A DNA stretch of 32,000 nucleotides from an uncultured Chloroflexia bacterium (GTDB lineage: Bacteria; Chloroflexota; Anaerolineae; Anaerolineales; Anaerolineaceae), in assembly GCA_963704755.1 (NCBI GenBank), contig OY969938.1, forward strand, positions 720,001 through 752,000. The letters are read 5' to 3'. A program made the position numbers and the translations under genes. Positions 7,048 through 16,086 of this stretch are shown here, one piece after another (the stretch's first letter is position 1; the number at the start of each line of letters is the position of its first letter). The notes below the pieces were generated by a model that was not told the origin of the DNA, did not search any database, and saw only the letters and a list, made by a program, of their open reading frames with translations.

Positions 7048-7810
7048 ATCTCGTTCGCATACCGCGAACGATGCGATCATCCGGCGGATTGCCGGCGAAA
7101 TTGTCAAGGCAAAACGCGCCTTACCGGATTTACAGCTCGTCATCGGCCATGGCTCCGGTTCGTTTGGGCACATCCCGGCCAGCCAGTTTGGTACCCGCCA
7201 GGGGGTAAGCGACACCCGCCAGTGGGCAGGCTTCGTCGAAGTATGGCGCCAGGCGCGAGACCTGAATGAAATTGTGCTGACGCTGCTCTACCAGGCCGGC
7301 CTGCCGGTGATGGCTTTTCCGCCCTCGGTTATCTTGCAATCCAACGGCGGTAAAGTCCAATCCCTTTACATCGACCCACTGCGGTCTGCCCTGGCTGCCG
7401 GGCTGATTCCGGTGGTCAACGGCGACGTGATCTTCGATACCCACAAGGGCGGTACGATATTTTCGACCGAAGATGTCTTCCTGGCCCTGGCCGATCAACT
7501 CCACCCTGACCAGGTCCTGATCGCCGGACTGGAGCCCGGGGTGTGGGAGGATTTTCCTCAATGCACCCGCATCCTGCCTCGCCTGACACCTGAGATGGAA
7601 ATCGCCGCGCTGGCGGGGGTAGGGGGATCCTCCAGTATTGATGTGACCGGGGGTATGGCAGAAAAAGTCAAATTGATGCTATTATTGATAGAAAATAATC
7701 CAACTGTTCACGCAGTCATTTTTTCCGGACTACCGCAGGGATCAATTTTCGACAGTCTACAAGGGAGGTATTCCGGAACGATCATCACCCAAACAACAGG
7801 AGGTGTATGA
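7004..7810 (+). CDS. isopentenyl phosphate kinase (amino-acid kinase fold)
   Basis: The ORF is open from 6926. The GTG at 7004 has GGAG 6 nt upstream and begins at the conserved LIFLKLGGSLITDK. Further motifs are HGSGSFGH, GDVIFD and SIDVTGGM. It overlaps mvk by 44 nt. Confidence 0.82.
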   Translation: MLIFLKLGGSLITDKSRSHTANDAIIRRIAGEIVKAKRALPDLQLVIGHGSGSFGHIPASQFGTRQGVSDTRQWAGFVEVWRQARDLNEIVLTLLYQAGLPVMAFPPSVILQSNGGKVQSLYIDPLRSALAAGLIPVVNGDVIFDTHKGGTIFSTEDVFLALADQLHPDQVLIAGLEPGVWEDFPQCTRILPRLTPEMEIAALAGVGGSSSIDVTGGMAEKVKLMLLLIENNPTVHAVIFSGLPQGSIFDSLQGRYSGTIITQTTGGV

Positions 7811-8961
7811 TGCTTTTTACCCGACAACAGCTCGAAGATATCGAAGATAAGTCGCTCGCACCGTACGGCTCGCGCAGCAAATATTCGCGCGGCCGTTTCT
7901 TCCCGGAAGATGAGCCGGAATACCGTACCATTTTCCAGCGCGATCGTGACCGTATATTGCACACCACCGCCTTTCGCCGGCTGGAATACAAAACCCAGGT
8001 TTTCATCAATTATGAGGGGGATTACTACCGCACTCGCCTGACCCACACCCTGGAAGTCGCCCAAATTGGGCGTACCCTGGCGCGAGCCCTGGGCGGCAAC
8101 GAAGACCTGACCGAATTGATCTGCCTGGCCCACGACATGGGCCATCCGCCTTTCGGCCATTCCGGGGAATCCGCCCTGGCCAAATTGATGAAAGACTACG
8201 GCGGTTTCGAGCATAATAAACAATCCCTGCGCATCGTTACCCAACTGGAAAACCGCTACCCCGAATTTCCCGGCCTGAACCTGTCCTGGGAAGTGCTCGA
8301 AGGGATCGTCAAACACGAAACCGAATACGATCGCTCGGATGCCCGCGATTTCAACCCCGACCTGCGCGGGCACATCGAGGCCCAGTTTGCCAACGTGGCC
8401 GACGAGCTGGCCTATACCGCCCATGACCTGGACGACGGCCTACGCTCTGGCATGATCAACGAGGCCATGCTGGAAGAAATCGAGCTGTGGCAGATCATGA
8501 AAGAATCGATCGGCTGGCGAACGAACAGCCTGGACGATCTCACCCGTCATCGTCTGATCCGGCGCCTGATCAGCCGGGAGATGGACGACCTGGCGCACAC
8601 CTCCGAACAGCGCATCCGCGAGAGCGGGGTCGCCTCGGTCGAAGAGTTACAGCGTCTGGATTACAACGTGGTTACTCACAGCGAAGAGTTCGCTCGCCGC
8701 AACCGCCAACTCAAGGATTTTCTCTACTCAAAGTTATACCGCCATTACCGGGTCGTGCGGATGTCGGTCAAGGCTGAGCAGCTCATCGGCGATCTGTTTG
8801 CCGCCTACAAAAAAGAGCCCACGATCATGCCCAACCATGTGCAGAATCAGGTCGGGCAAAACGGCCTGGAGCGCACCATCTGCGATTACATCGCCGGAAT
8901 GACCGACCGGTATGCCATCGAAGAGCACCAAAAGCTGTTCGACCCGTCCGTATTGCCCTGA
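7807..8961 (+). CDS. dgt: dGTP triphosphohydrolase-like HD-domain protein
   Basis: 384 aa with FQRDRDRILHTTAFRRLEYKTQVF, RLTHTLEVAQIGR and LAHDMGHPPFGH. The ATG overlaps the IPK stop (ATGA). Confidence 0.88.
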   Translation: MMLFTRQQLEDIEDKSLAPYGSRSKYSRGRFFPEDEPEYRTIFQRDRDRILHTTAFRRLEYKTQVFINYEGDYYRTRLTHTLEVAQIGRTLARALGGNEDLTELICLAHDMGHPPFGHSGESALAKLMKDYGGFEHNKQSLRIVTQLENRYPEFPGLNLSWEVLEGIVKHETEYDRSDARDFNPDLRGHIEAQFANVADELAYTAHDLDDGLRSGMINEAMLEEIELWQIMKESIGWRTNSLDDLTRHRLIRRLISREMDDLAHTSEQRIRESGVASVEELQRLDYNVVTHSEEFARRNRQLKDFLYSKLYRHYRVVRMSVKAEQLIGDLFAAYKKEPTIMPNHVQNQVGQNGLERTICDYIAGMTDRYAIEEHQKLFDPSVLP

Positions 8962-9130
8962 AATCCAGGGCAGCACAGATCGGCCCAATGCAGCCCCCAT
9001 AAGGAATTGTGGATGCGAGCTGTGTAGCATTCAAAACATCGTAGTGCGCATCCATCCTCGCAAAAACGAACTTCCCGTTTTTGGGAATTTCGTGTTATTA
9101 TCGGCGTTATCGAATTGAGGAGCATCCTAT

Positions 9131-9598
9131 ATGACTGAAGCGTCTTATTTAACCCAAGAAGGGTTGACTCGATTACAGCAAGAACTCGAATACCTGAAAG
9201 GCCCATCCCGAGATTCAATCGCTCAGCGGTTGCGCTCCGCCATCGAACAGGGCGATCTCTCGGAAAATGCTGATTACATCGCCGCGAAAGAAGAACAAGG
9301 ATTCCTGGAAGGCCGTATTCTGGAGCTTGAACACCTTCTCTCCAATGTGATCATTATCGATAATGTGGTCAAGAACGTCAACGAAATCGGCATTGGCGAC
9401 TACATCACGATCCAGGAAGAGGATTACCCGCCGGAACGCTACCACCTGGTAGGGCCCAAAGAGGCGGATCCGAATAAAGGCCGGATCTCGCACGAATCCC
9501 CCATCGGCAAAGCCATCATCGGCCACAAAACCGGTGACGAGGTCATGGTGGATACCCCAGGTGGGGCCTTGCGCTTGAAGATCGTCAAAATCGAGTAA
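9131..9598 (+). CDS. greA: transcription elongation factor GreA
   Basis: 155 aa with LTQEGLTRLQQELEYL, GDLSENADYIAAKEEQ and a C-terminal FKBP-like domain. GAGGAG lies 8 nt upstream. Confidence 0.93.
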   Translation: MTEASYLTQEGLTRLQQELEYLKGPSRDSIAQRLRSAIEQGDLSENADYIAAKEEQGFLEGRILELEHLLSNVIIIDNVVKNVNEIGIGDYITIQEEDYPPERYHLVGPKEADPNKGRISHESPIGKAIIGHKTGDEVMVDTPGGALRLKIVKIE

Positions 9599-9604
9599 AG
9601 AGTA

Positions 9605-9669
9605 TTGACAAATAAATAAACGGGATTGTGGGTGCGATGCACCCACAATCCCGTTTATTTATTTGTCAA
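9605..9669. terminator. bidirectional intrinsic terminator (31-bp perfect stem) between convergent greA and the 9802-10827 gene
   Basis: Arms 9605-9635 and 9639-9669 are perfectly complementary. The GC-rich core CGGGATTGTGGGTGC is flanked by T-rich outer arms (TTTATTTATTTGT) on both strands. It starts 7 nt after the greA stop. Confidence 0.7.
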
Positions 9670-9801
9670 AAAAAGGTTATTGCCCAGCTACCGCAAAAGA
9701 AAGGCGTCTTTAATTGTTTCCCGCGCGCTTCGCACGCGAAAAATAATTAAAACACCCCGAAATTCTGAACTTACCTGAATAGTAACAAAAAAAGTTATTA
9801 C

Positions 9802-10827
9802 TTAAGCTTTGGGCCAAACCGCCAATTCGAGGGTCAGCCGTTCGAAGTAGCTATCTTCGGGCAGAGCCCCACCACCCATGCTCAAGTCCACCACGCGGGC
9901 TTCCAACTGCAAGGTCGCCGTTTCCAGCAGAACTTTCTTCTCTTTACTCACTTCGAAAGGTTCACCCTTCGATTCGAGCCGCTGGTGAATGGCCGGGTCG
10001 TTGAACGCATGCGGTGTCATCAACACTTTCGTCACCGTCTGGATATCGTTCTTGTCGAACAGCCACACTTCCAACGCCGTGACTTTCTTGGGATCGCCCA
10101 CTCCGATGGTTTCGGAAATGCCCACTCCGCACTCTCCCAGGAATTCGCCCGTTGGTGAATCGATGCTGAAAGAATCGTCATACAGGTCATCGCCCATCAT
10201 GTACGTGGTCATAAATTGGGCAATAGGCGTTTCTTGTCCCTCCGAGACGAAATCAGTCTTGGGAGCCTGGCGGCTCAAGTCCTGGGCCGCACCTACCGCC
10301 GTACTTTGGGCCGGAGTGTTGCCACCGCTGCCGCGGTTACGGAAGATCAGCAAATAAACCAACCCTGCCCCAACCAGCAAAGTGACCAGGCACAACCCCA
10401 CGACCAATCCAACCCGGTTGCCCCCGCTCGACGTCGCCGTTGGGGTGGCCGTCACAACTGCACTGGTGGCCTGTCCGGGTAAGGGGATCGACGGCCCTTG
10501 AACCGCAGCCCTGAAGGAGTTGATATCCGATTCGCTTAGATTGCACGTACCGGCTTGCAAGCCACCCAGGATATCGCCTTTATTGCTGCCCAACGCATCA
10601 AAACGCGCCTGGGCTTCGGCCACATCCTGTTTCCTTGCGAACGAATTGATGACCATGCAAAGATAATCTTGCTTACTGGCATCGCTCAGCTTGCTGGGAT
10701 CGGCGTTGGTCCATTTTACTGGCCATACCCCCCAACCTAAGATAGGCAGACCGATGATCAGGCCAACGATCAAGCCAACAATCGCTGTTGTCAGCGGGTT
10801 GCGCATTTGTTCTCGGATTTTGTCCAT
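9802..10827 (-). CDS. hypothetical two-TM membrane protein with an unrecognised C-terminal soluble domain
   Basis: 341 aa. TM1 is AIVGLIVGLIIGLPILGWGVW and TM2 is VGLVVGLCLVTLLVGAGLVYLLIF. AGGAG lies 9 nt upstream of the ATG. I recognise no family motif. Confidence 0.7.
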   Translation of the reverse strand: MDKIREQMRNPLTTAIVGLIVGLIIGLPILGWGVWPVKWTNADPSKLSDASKQDYLCMVINSFARKQDVAEAQARFDALGSNKGDILGGLQAGTCNLSESDINSFRAAVQGPSIPLPGQATSAVVTATPTATSSGGNRVGLVVGLCLVTLLVGAGLVYLLIFRNRGSGGNTPAQSTAVGAAQDLSRQAPKTDFVSEGQETPIAQFMTTYMMGDDLYDDSFSIDSPTGEFLGECGVGISETIGVGDPKKVTALEVWLFDKNDIQTVTKVLMTPHAFNDPAIHQRLESKGEPFEVSKEKKVLLETATLQLEARVVDLSMGGGALPEDSYFERLTLELAVWPKA

Positions 10828-10890
10828 GTCACTTTGCTCCTACAGGGTTATCGAGTGCCTGCCGGGCGGTATTTCCCTCACACTAAGGGT

Positions 10891-10919
10891 ATTGTAGAAC
10901 AAATTTTAGAATAGCGCAA
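10891..10919 (-). promoter_or_regulatory. candidate sigma70-type promoter for the 9802-10827 gene (TTGCGC-17-TACAAT)
   Basis: On the minus strand the -35 TTGCGC is at 10919-10914 and the -10 TACAAT at 10896-10891, with a 17-nt spacer, about 60 nt upstream of the ATG. Confidence 0.35.
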
Positions 10920-10962
10920 CTACCACACCGGCATAGGTTTTCTTCAATGTTTGTTGCAATTT

Positions 10963-13275
10963 CTATGCCGACTCAGTGGACTGTTCGCCAACCTGTTCCA
11001 GTAAAAAGCTCTCTTCGCATTTCAAGCACTGTACCTCGCGTTTATTCAAAATAACCAGCGTCCCGCCGCAGTTCGGGCACGGCGTGGCGATCGGTTTCTT
11101 CCAGGATGTAAACTGGCAGGTCGGGTAATTGGAGCAGCCATAAAACACCCGCCCTTTGCGGGTCTTGCGTTCGACCAGCTCGCCGCCGTCTTCTGGGCAG
11201 AGTACCCCAATTTTCTCCAGCCAGGGTTCGGTATGCCGGCAGGTCGGGAAATTGCTACACGAAATAAATTTCCCAAACCGGCCCCAGCGAATGACCAGGT
11301 CGTTGCCGCATTCCGGGCAGGCCCGGCCCACTTTTTCCAGCTCGGCTTTTGTGACCGGAATTTCACTTTGGGCTTTTTTCAGTTGCGGCTCGAACGATTC
11401 ATAGAATTCGCGCACTACATTGACCCATTGCTCGTCACCCGAAGCGACCCGATCCAAATCAGATTCCATCCGGGCGGTGAAATTCAAATCAACGATATCC
11501 GGGAAGTGTTTCACCAGCAAATCGTTGACCAGGATACCGGTCTCGGTCGGCGAGAGCCGCTTGTTTTCGCGAATCACGTAATTGCGCTCGACGATCGTCG
11601 ATAAGATCGGCGCGTAGGTAGACGGGCGGCCAATCCCAAACTCTTCCAGCGATTGTACCAGAGAGGCTTCGGTAAAGCGCGGGGGCGGCTGGGTAAAATG
11701 CTGTTCGGGGATCAGGCGCTGCAAATTTTGTTTCTGGCCCTCTTCCAGTCCGGTCGGGATGCGGACATCGTCGTCTTCATCCATCTTGATGTCTTCATCG
11801 CGGGCATCCTCGTACAGGACCAAAAAGCCCTGGAACTTGAGGGTCGAGCCGGATGCGCGCAGCGCATAAGCGTGCTGAGCGCCGGTGCCCTCCAGGTCGA
11901 TGACCACCGTATCGAAGACGGCCGCTTCCATCTGTGAGGCCACAAAACGTTTCCAGATCAATTGGTAGAGTTTGAACTGCTCCGGGCTGAGGTAGCTCTT
12001 GATTTTATCCGGCAGCCGCAGGACCGAGGTCGGCCGGATGGCCTCATGGGCTTCCTGGGCGCCAACCGCGCGAGTTTTGTACTGCGGCGCTGTGGCCGGT
12101 ACGAAACCCTCACCGTAAATGCCTTTGATATACCCGCGCGCCTCTTTCTGGGCCAGCGCCGAAACGTTCGTCGAATCGGTACGCATGTAGGTAATCAGGC
12201 CGGTCGAGCCATTCTCACCCACTTCCAGCCCCTCATAAAGCTGCTGGGCAATCCGCATCGTTCGCCTGGCGGTAAAGCCCAGGCGCCGGCTGGCTTCTTG
12301 CTGTAGTGAGCTGGTAATAAAAGGCGCAGATGGTTTGCGCCGCCTTTCGCCTTTTTTGATCCGGGTGATTTTGTACGGCGCCGGTTCCATATCTGCCAGG
12401 TAGGATTGGACGGTGGCTTCATCGGAAAGCGCCGGGTCCTTTTCGTCAATCTTGACCAGGCGGGCGACATAAGCCTGCCGGCCGCCGGTCTGCTTGAACT
12501 CGGCCGCAATGGTCCAATATTCCTGCAGCTTAAAAACGTCGATTTCACGCTCGCGTTCCACAATCAGCCGCAGGGCCACCGACTGCACCCGGCCGGCCGA
12601 TAAACGGCTGCGCACTTTTTCCCACAACAGCGGGCTGAGACTGTACCCGACCAGGCGGTCTAACACCCGCCGGCCCTGTTGGGCATTGACCAGGTCCATG
12701 TTGATCCCGCGCGGATGGGCAAATGCCTCCGCGATGGCCGGTTCGGTGATTTCGTGGAAAACCACCCGCTTGGAATTTTCCGGGTCGATCTGGGCTGCCT
12801 CGAGCAAATGCCAGGCAATGGCTTCACCTTCGCGATCAGGGTCGGTTGCCAGGAAGACTTCTTCGGATCTTTTTACCAGTTCCTTTAAATCCTTGACTAC
12901 CGGCCGTTTCTCGTTTGGCACCCGGTACTTGGGCTGGAAATTGTTCTCCACATCCACAGAGAGCTCGGAGCGCAGCAAATCACGCACGTGGCCAACAGAA
13001 GCCCGCACGGTATAGCCTTTGCCCAAAAAACGCCCGACCGTCCGCGCCTTGGCCGGCGATTCGACGATGACCAGCTTGCCATTTTTTGGCGCAGCTCGGT
13101 GAACTTTCTCAGGAGGCGTCAGGCCTTCATGAGCTTCCGTCCGGCCGATTCGATACATTTTCGTCCCGCAAACAGGACAGGTACCCGTAGTGACCGGGGC
13201 ACCGGCCGCGTTGAATTCTGCTTTGGCATCTTTTATTTCGCGTTTGGTTTTACATTTAACGCAATAAGCTTCCAA
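10963..13275 (-). CDS. topA: DNA topoisomerase I with an extra N-terminal zinc ribbon
   Basis: 770 aa. Toprim LVIVESPAKARTVGRFLG, active-site region GLITYMRTDS, and C-terminal zinc-ribbon repeats (CPECG...CSNFPTC; CSNYPTC; CPNCG...CLKC). TTG start with GAGGG 5 nt upstream. The N-terminal 45 aa carry CVKC...CPVCG. Confidence 0.93.
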   Translation of the reverse strand: MEAYCVKCKTKREIKDAKAEFNAAGAPVTTGTCPVCGTKMYRIGRTEAHEGLTPPEKVHRAAPKNGKLVIVESPAKARTVGRFLGKGYTVRASVGHVRDLLRSELSVDVENNFQPKYRVPNEKRPVVKDLKELVKRSEEVFLATDPDREGEAIAWHLLEAAQIDPENSKRVVFHEITEPAIAEAFAHPRGINMDLVNAQQGRRVLDRLVGYSLSPLLWEKVRSRLSAGRVQSVALRLIVEREREIDVFKLQEYWTIAAEFKQTGGRQAYVARLVKIDEKDPALSDEATVQSYLADMEPAPYKITRIKKGERRRKPSAPFITSSLQQEASRRLGFTARRTMRIAQQLYEGLEVGENGSTGLITYMRTDSTNVSALAQKEARGYIKGIYGEGFVPATAPQYKTRAVGAQEAHEAIRPTSVLRLPDKIKSYLSPEQFKLYQLIWKRFVASQMEAAVFDTVVIDLEGTGAQHAYALRASGSTLKFQGFLVLYEDARDEDIKMDEDDDVRIPTGLEEGQKQNLQRLIPEQHFTQPPPRFTEASLVQSLEEFGIGRPSTYAPILSTIVERNYVIRENKRLSPTETGILVNDLLVKHFPDIVDLNFTARMESDLDRVASGDEQWVNVVREFYESFEPQLKKAQSEIPVTKAELEKVGRACPECGNDLVIRWGRFGKFISCSNFPTCRHTEPWLEKIGVLCPEDGGELVERKTRKGRVFYGCSNYPTCQFTSWKKPIATPCPNCGGTLVILNKREVQCLKCEESFLLEQVGEQSTESA

Positions 13276-13286
13276 ATTACCCTCAC

Positions 13287-14408
13287 TTATAAAAATTTTG
13301 ATTTGCCAGTTTGCTTAAGCAGGTCAACCATTTCACGGACTTTCTGAGCCTTGGATTGATGGCAAATCAATAACACATCGCCTGTATCGATAATAACCAG
13401 GTCCTTCACCCCAATCGTGGCAATCAAGCGGTCTTGCTTTTCCGACACGATCGCGGTGTTGGCTGTTTCGAGGCTGATTGTACTATCACTGAGCAAAATA
13501 TTGCCGTTCGAGTCAGGGGCAAAAACTTCGTAGAGCGAATCCCAACTGCCCACGTCGTTCCAACCTAAACCCATGGCAGGGATCACCGCTACCCGCTGAG
13601 CGTTCTCCATAATACCATAGTCAATGGTTTGGGCCTTAATCGACAGCCACAAATCTTTCAGGTATTCGGCTTGCTGCGGGTCGCCCAATCCGCCTTGGTA
13701 TTGCTGCAACGTTCGAAACAGTTCGGGCATTTGGCGGGCAAATTCGGCCCAAATGTTTTCGACCGACCAGATAAACATACCCGAATTCCAGGTGTGGTCG
13801 CCGCCGGCCAGCATGGCTTTGGCGGTAGACTCGTCTGGCTTCTCTTTGAATTTCTTAACCGCATAGACGACCAACCCGTCGATTTCGGTCAGCGATTCGC
13901 CGGATTGGATATAGCCATACGCGGTCGAAGGTGCGGTCGGCTCGATTCCCAGGGTCACCAGGTAATTCTGGCGGGCCGCCTGGTAGGCCGTGGAAAGCAA
14001 GTCGCGGAAGAGCGACACATTTTCGATCACGTGGTCGGCCGTTAAGATGGCCATCACTGCCTGTGGGTTGATGCTGCGTAAATGGGCAGCCGCCATTCCG
14101 ACCACCGAAGCCGTCCCGCGCGGCGCAGCTTCCAGCAAAAAGTTCTCCTGTGGAATTTCGGGCACCATCTGGCTCAGCCCTTCCGCCATATCTGCCACAG
14201 TTACCACCAGGATCCGCTCGGGTGGGATCAGCCCTTTCAACCGGTCGGTCGCCATCTGGAACAAAGTCAAGTCGGAACCCAATTTCAAAAATTGCTTCGG
14301 GTGCGCCTTTCTTGAAAGCGGCCATAGGCGCGTCCCCCCACCCCCGGCCATGATCACACCATAAAAGTCATCCATTATTTTGCTATTCATTGCTTGACCT
14401 TGCTTCAT
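13287..14408 (-). CDS. manC: mannose-1-phosphate guanylyltransferase (NTP-transferase family)
   Basis: GVIMAGGGGTRLWPLSR plus KQFL and a nucleotidyl-transferase core. The start is uncertain: ATGs at 14408, 14390 and 14375 are all in frame. The first two overlap the dprA stop. Confidence 0.82.
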   Translation of the reverse strand: MKQGQAMNSKIMDDFYGVIMAGGGGTRLWPLSRKAHPKQFLKLGSDLTLFQMATDRLKGLIPPERILVVTVADMAEGLSQMVPEIPQENFLLEAAPRGTASVVGMAAAHLRSINPQAVMAILTADHVIENVSLFRDLLSTAYQAARQNYLVTLGIEPTAPSTAYGYIQSGESLTEIDGLVVYAVKKFKEKPDESTAKAMLAGGDHTWNSGMFIWSVENIWAEFARQMPELFRTLQQYQGGLGDPQQAEYLKDLWLSIKAQTIDYGIMENAQRVAVIPAMGLGWNDVGSWDSLYEVFAPDSNGNILLSDSTISLETANTAIVSEKQDRLIATIGVKDLVIIDTGDVLLICHQSKAQKVREMVDLLKQTGKSKFL

Positions 14409-15507
14409 AGTCGTAGCTTTCCTCGCGTATGCTATGGAAATTCATCCCGCCGCTGTTGCCGACCAACCCTTTGAGCTCCATCATTGCGAGTGTAGCCGAA
14501 ACTTTGTCAATCGGCAAGCCCGAAAGAAAGCTGATCTCATCAATGGCCATGGCATTGGTACTTAAAACAGCCAAAATTTGGGCTTCATTCTCATCCGCCG
14601 GCAAAATCTTGCGAGCTACGCGGCGTACATTCACCTGCTGGATATTCAGCGCTTCGAGCACGTCCTCCGGTTTGAGCAAGGGCCGGGCGCCACTCTGGAT
14701 CAGCCGGTTGGTGCCAATGCTGTTAGGTGAGGTGATATTCCCCGGCAGGGCCAGCACATCTCGGCCCTGGTCCGCGGCAAAACTGGCCGTGATCAGCGCT
14801 CCGCTGGTCTCGCCGGCCTCGATCACCACGGTTGCCAGCGAAAGCCCGGCGATAATCCGGTTGCGCGGCGGGAAATTGCTGCTCTCGGGTGGTGTGCCGG
14901 GCGGGTAATCGCTCAGCACCGCCCCGCTTTCTACGATCTCCTCGGCCAGCTTGCGGTGCTCCGGCGGGTAGATCCGGTCCACGCCCGAGCCTAACACAGC
15001 CAGGGTCCGGCCGCCGGCGCGCAGGGTGGCCTGGTGAGCGACCGCATCGGTCCCGCGGGCTAACCCGCTCACCACGCTGACCTGGTTGCGGGCCAGTGCC
15101 CCGGCCAGGTTTTCGGCGACCTGGCGCCCGTAGGCGCTCACCCGCCGGGTACCAACGATGGCTACGGCCAGCTCGTCCTCCGGCATGATTTCACCGCGAA
15201 AATATAGCACCGGCGGTGGCTGCGAAATCTCCCGCAGCAAGCGCGGATATTCCGGGTCATCCCAGGTCAGCACGCCAATCCCGCTAGAAACGATATGATC
15301 CCAGATTTTTTCCAGGTCGAGCTGTGCGCGCACCCGCAGAATATTCTCCACAATCCGGCCCTGAAGCCCGGCGGAGATTAGCTGGCCGGCTGATGCGTGC
15401 CAGGCGGATTGCAGATCACCGGCGAAGGCCGTGCAAAGCGCCTGCATGCGCACGGCGCCAATGCCTTTGATGTAATTGAATCCGACCCAGTAAGCTTTTG
15501 GATCCAC
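14383..15507 (-). CDS. dprA: DNA-processing protein DprA
   Basis: 374 aa with AIVGTRRVSAYG, SGLARGTDAVAHQ and LGSGVDRIYPPEH, plus a C-terminal winged-helix-like tail. GTG start. Confidence 0.9.
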   Translation of the reverse strand: MDPKAYWVGFNYIKGIGAVRMQALCTAFAGDLQSAWHASAGQLISAGLQGRIVENILRVRAQLDLEKIWDHIVSSGIGVLTWDDPEYPRLLREISQPPPVLYFRGEIMPEDELAVAIVGTRRVSAYGRQVAENLAGALARNQVSVVSGLARGTDAVAHQATLRAGGRTLAVLGSGVDRIYPPEHRKLAEEIVESGAVLSDYPPGTPPESSNFPPRNRIIAGLSLATVVIEAGETSGALITASFAADQGRDVLALPGNITSPNSIGTNRLIQSGARPLLKPEDVLEALNIQQVNVRRVARKILPADENEAQILAVLSTNAMAIDEISFLSGLPIDKVSATLAMMELKGLVGNSGGMNFHSIREESYDYEARSSNE

Positions 15508-15519
15508 GCAGCGATCCTT

Positions 15520-16086
15520 TTAAAGCCATTCGGGAGGGGCAACCAGGATCGTATTGTTTTCCAGGTCGATTTTCTTGATAAACTCGTCTACAGCCGGAAC
15601 CAAAAGCTCTTCCCCGGCCGAATTTTTAATCAGGTACACATCTTTCGAACCGGTCTCGAGGATCTCGACCAAAACGCCCAATACCTTACCACTTTCATCC
15701 CGAGCCGTCAAACCGATCAGTTGGTGGTGGTAGTATTCGCCCTCCGGCAAGGGCAGCAGTTCCTCAGCCGAGACGAAAATATATTGGTTGCGGTATATGG
15801 CCGCCGATTCCGGGTCGCTAACACCTTCGAGCCCGATCAAGACATCCTTATCCCGCCCGCGAATCGAGCGGATCACGATCGGTTGGTGTCTTTCACCGAC
15901 ATAGACCCTTTTGCCGGGCTTGAGCCGCTCCGGAAAATCCGTCAGCAGATCCATGATCATTTCCCCCTTCAGGCCATGGGCGCGCCTCAGAAAGCCGGCT
16001 GCCAAAAAGACAGGCTCGCCTGTAAGGGGCGAGCCTGTTGTACCCCTTTCGGTTTGAGAGGAGCCCGGTTTAGATCGGTTCCTCAC
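15520..16086 (-). CDS. rimM: 16S rRNA processing protein RimM
   Basis: The ORF is open to 16218, but that start would overlap the upstream gene by 136 nt. The GTG at 16086 forms a GTGA overlap with the KH-protein stop and has GGAG upstream. RimM-like RRAHGLKGEM and a PRC-barrel C-terminus are present. An alternative TTG lies at 16005. Confidence 0.8.
   Translation of the reverse strand: MRNRSKPGSSQTERGTTGSPLTGEPVFLAAGFLRRAHGLKGEMIMDLLTDFPERLKPGKRVYVGERHQPIVIRSIRGRDKDVLIGLEGVSDPESAAIYRNQYIFVSAEELLPLPEGEYYHHQLIGLTARDESGKVLGVLVEILETGSKDVYLIKNSAGEELLVPAVDEFIKKIDLENNTILVAPPEWL

Noticed and set aside
9067-9092. Hairpin in the greA upstream region as a GraL-like leader terminator
   Set aside because: The stem has a C-U mismatch. 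The following T-rich run (TGTTATTAT) is equally well explained as the greA -10 box. The evidence is insufficient.
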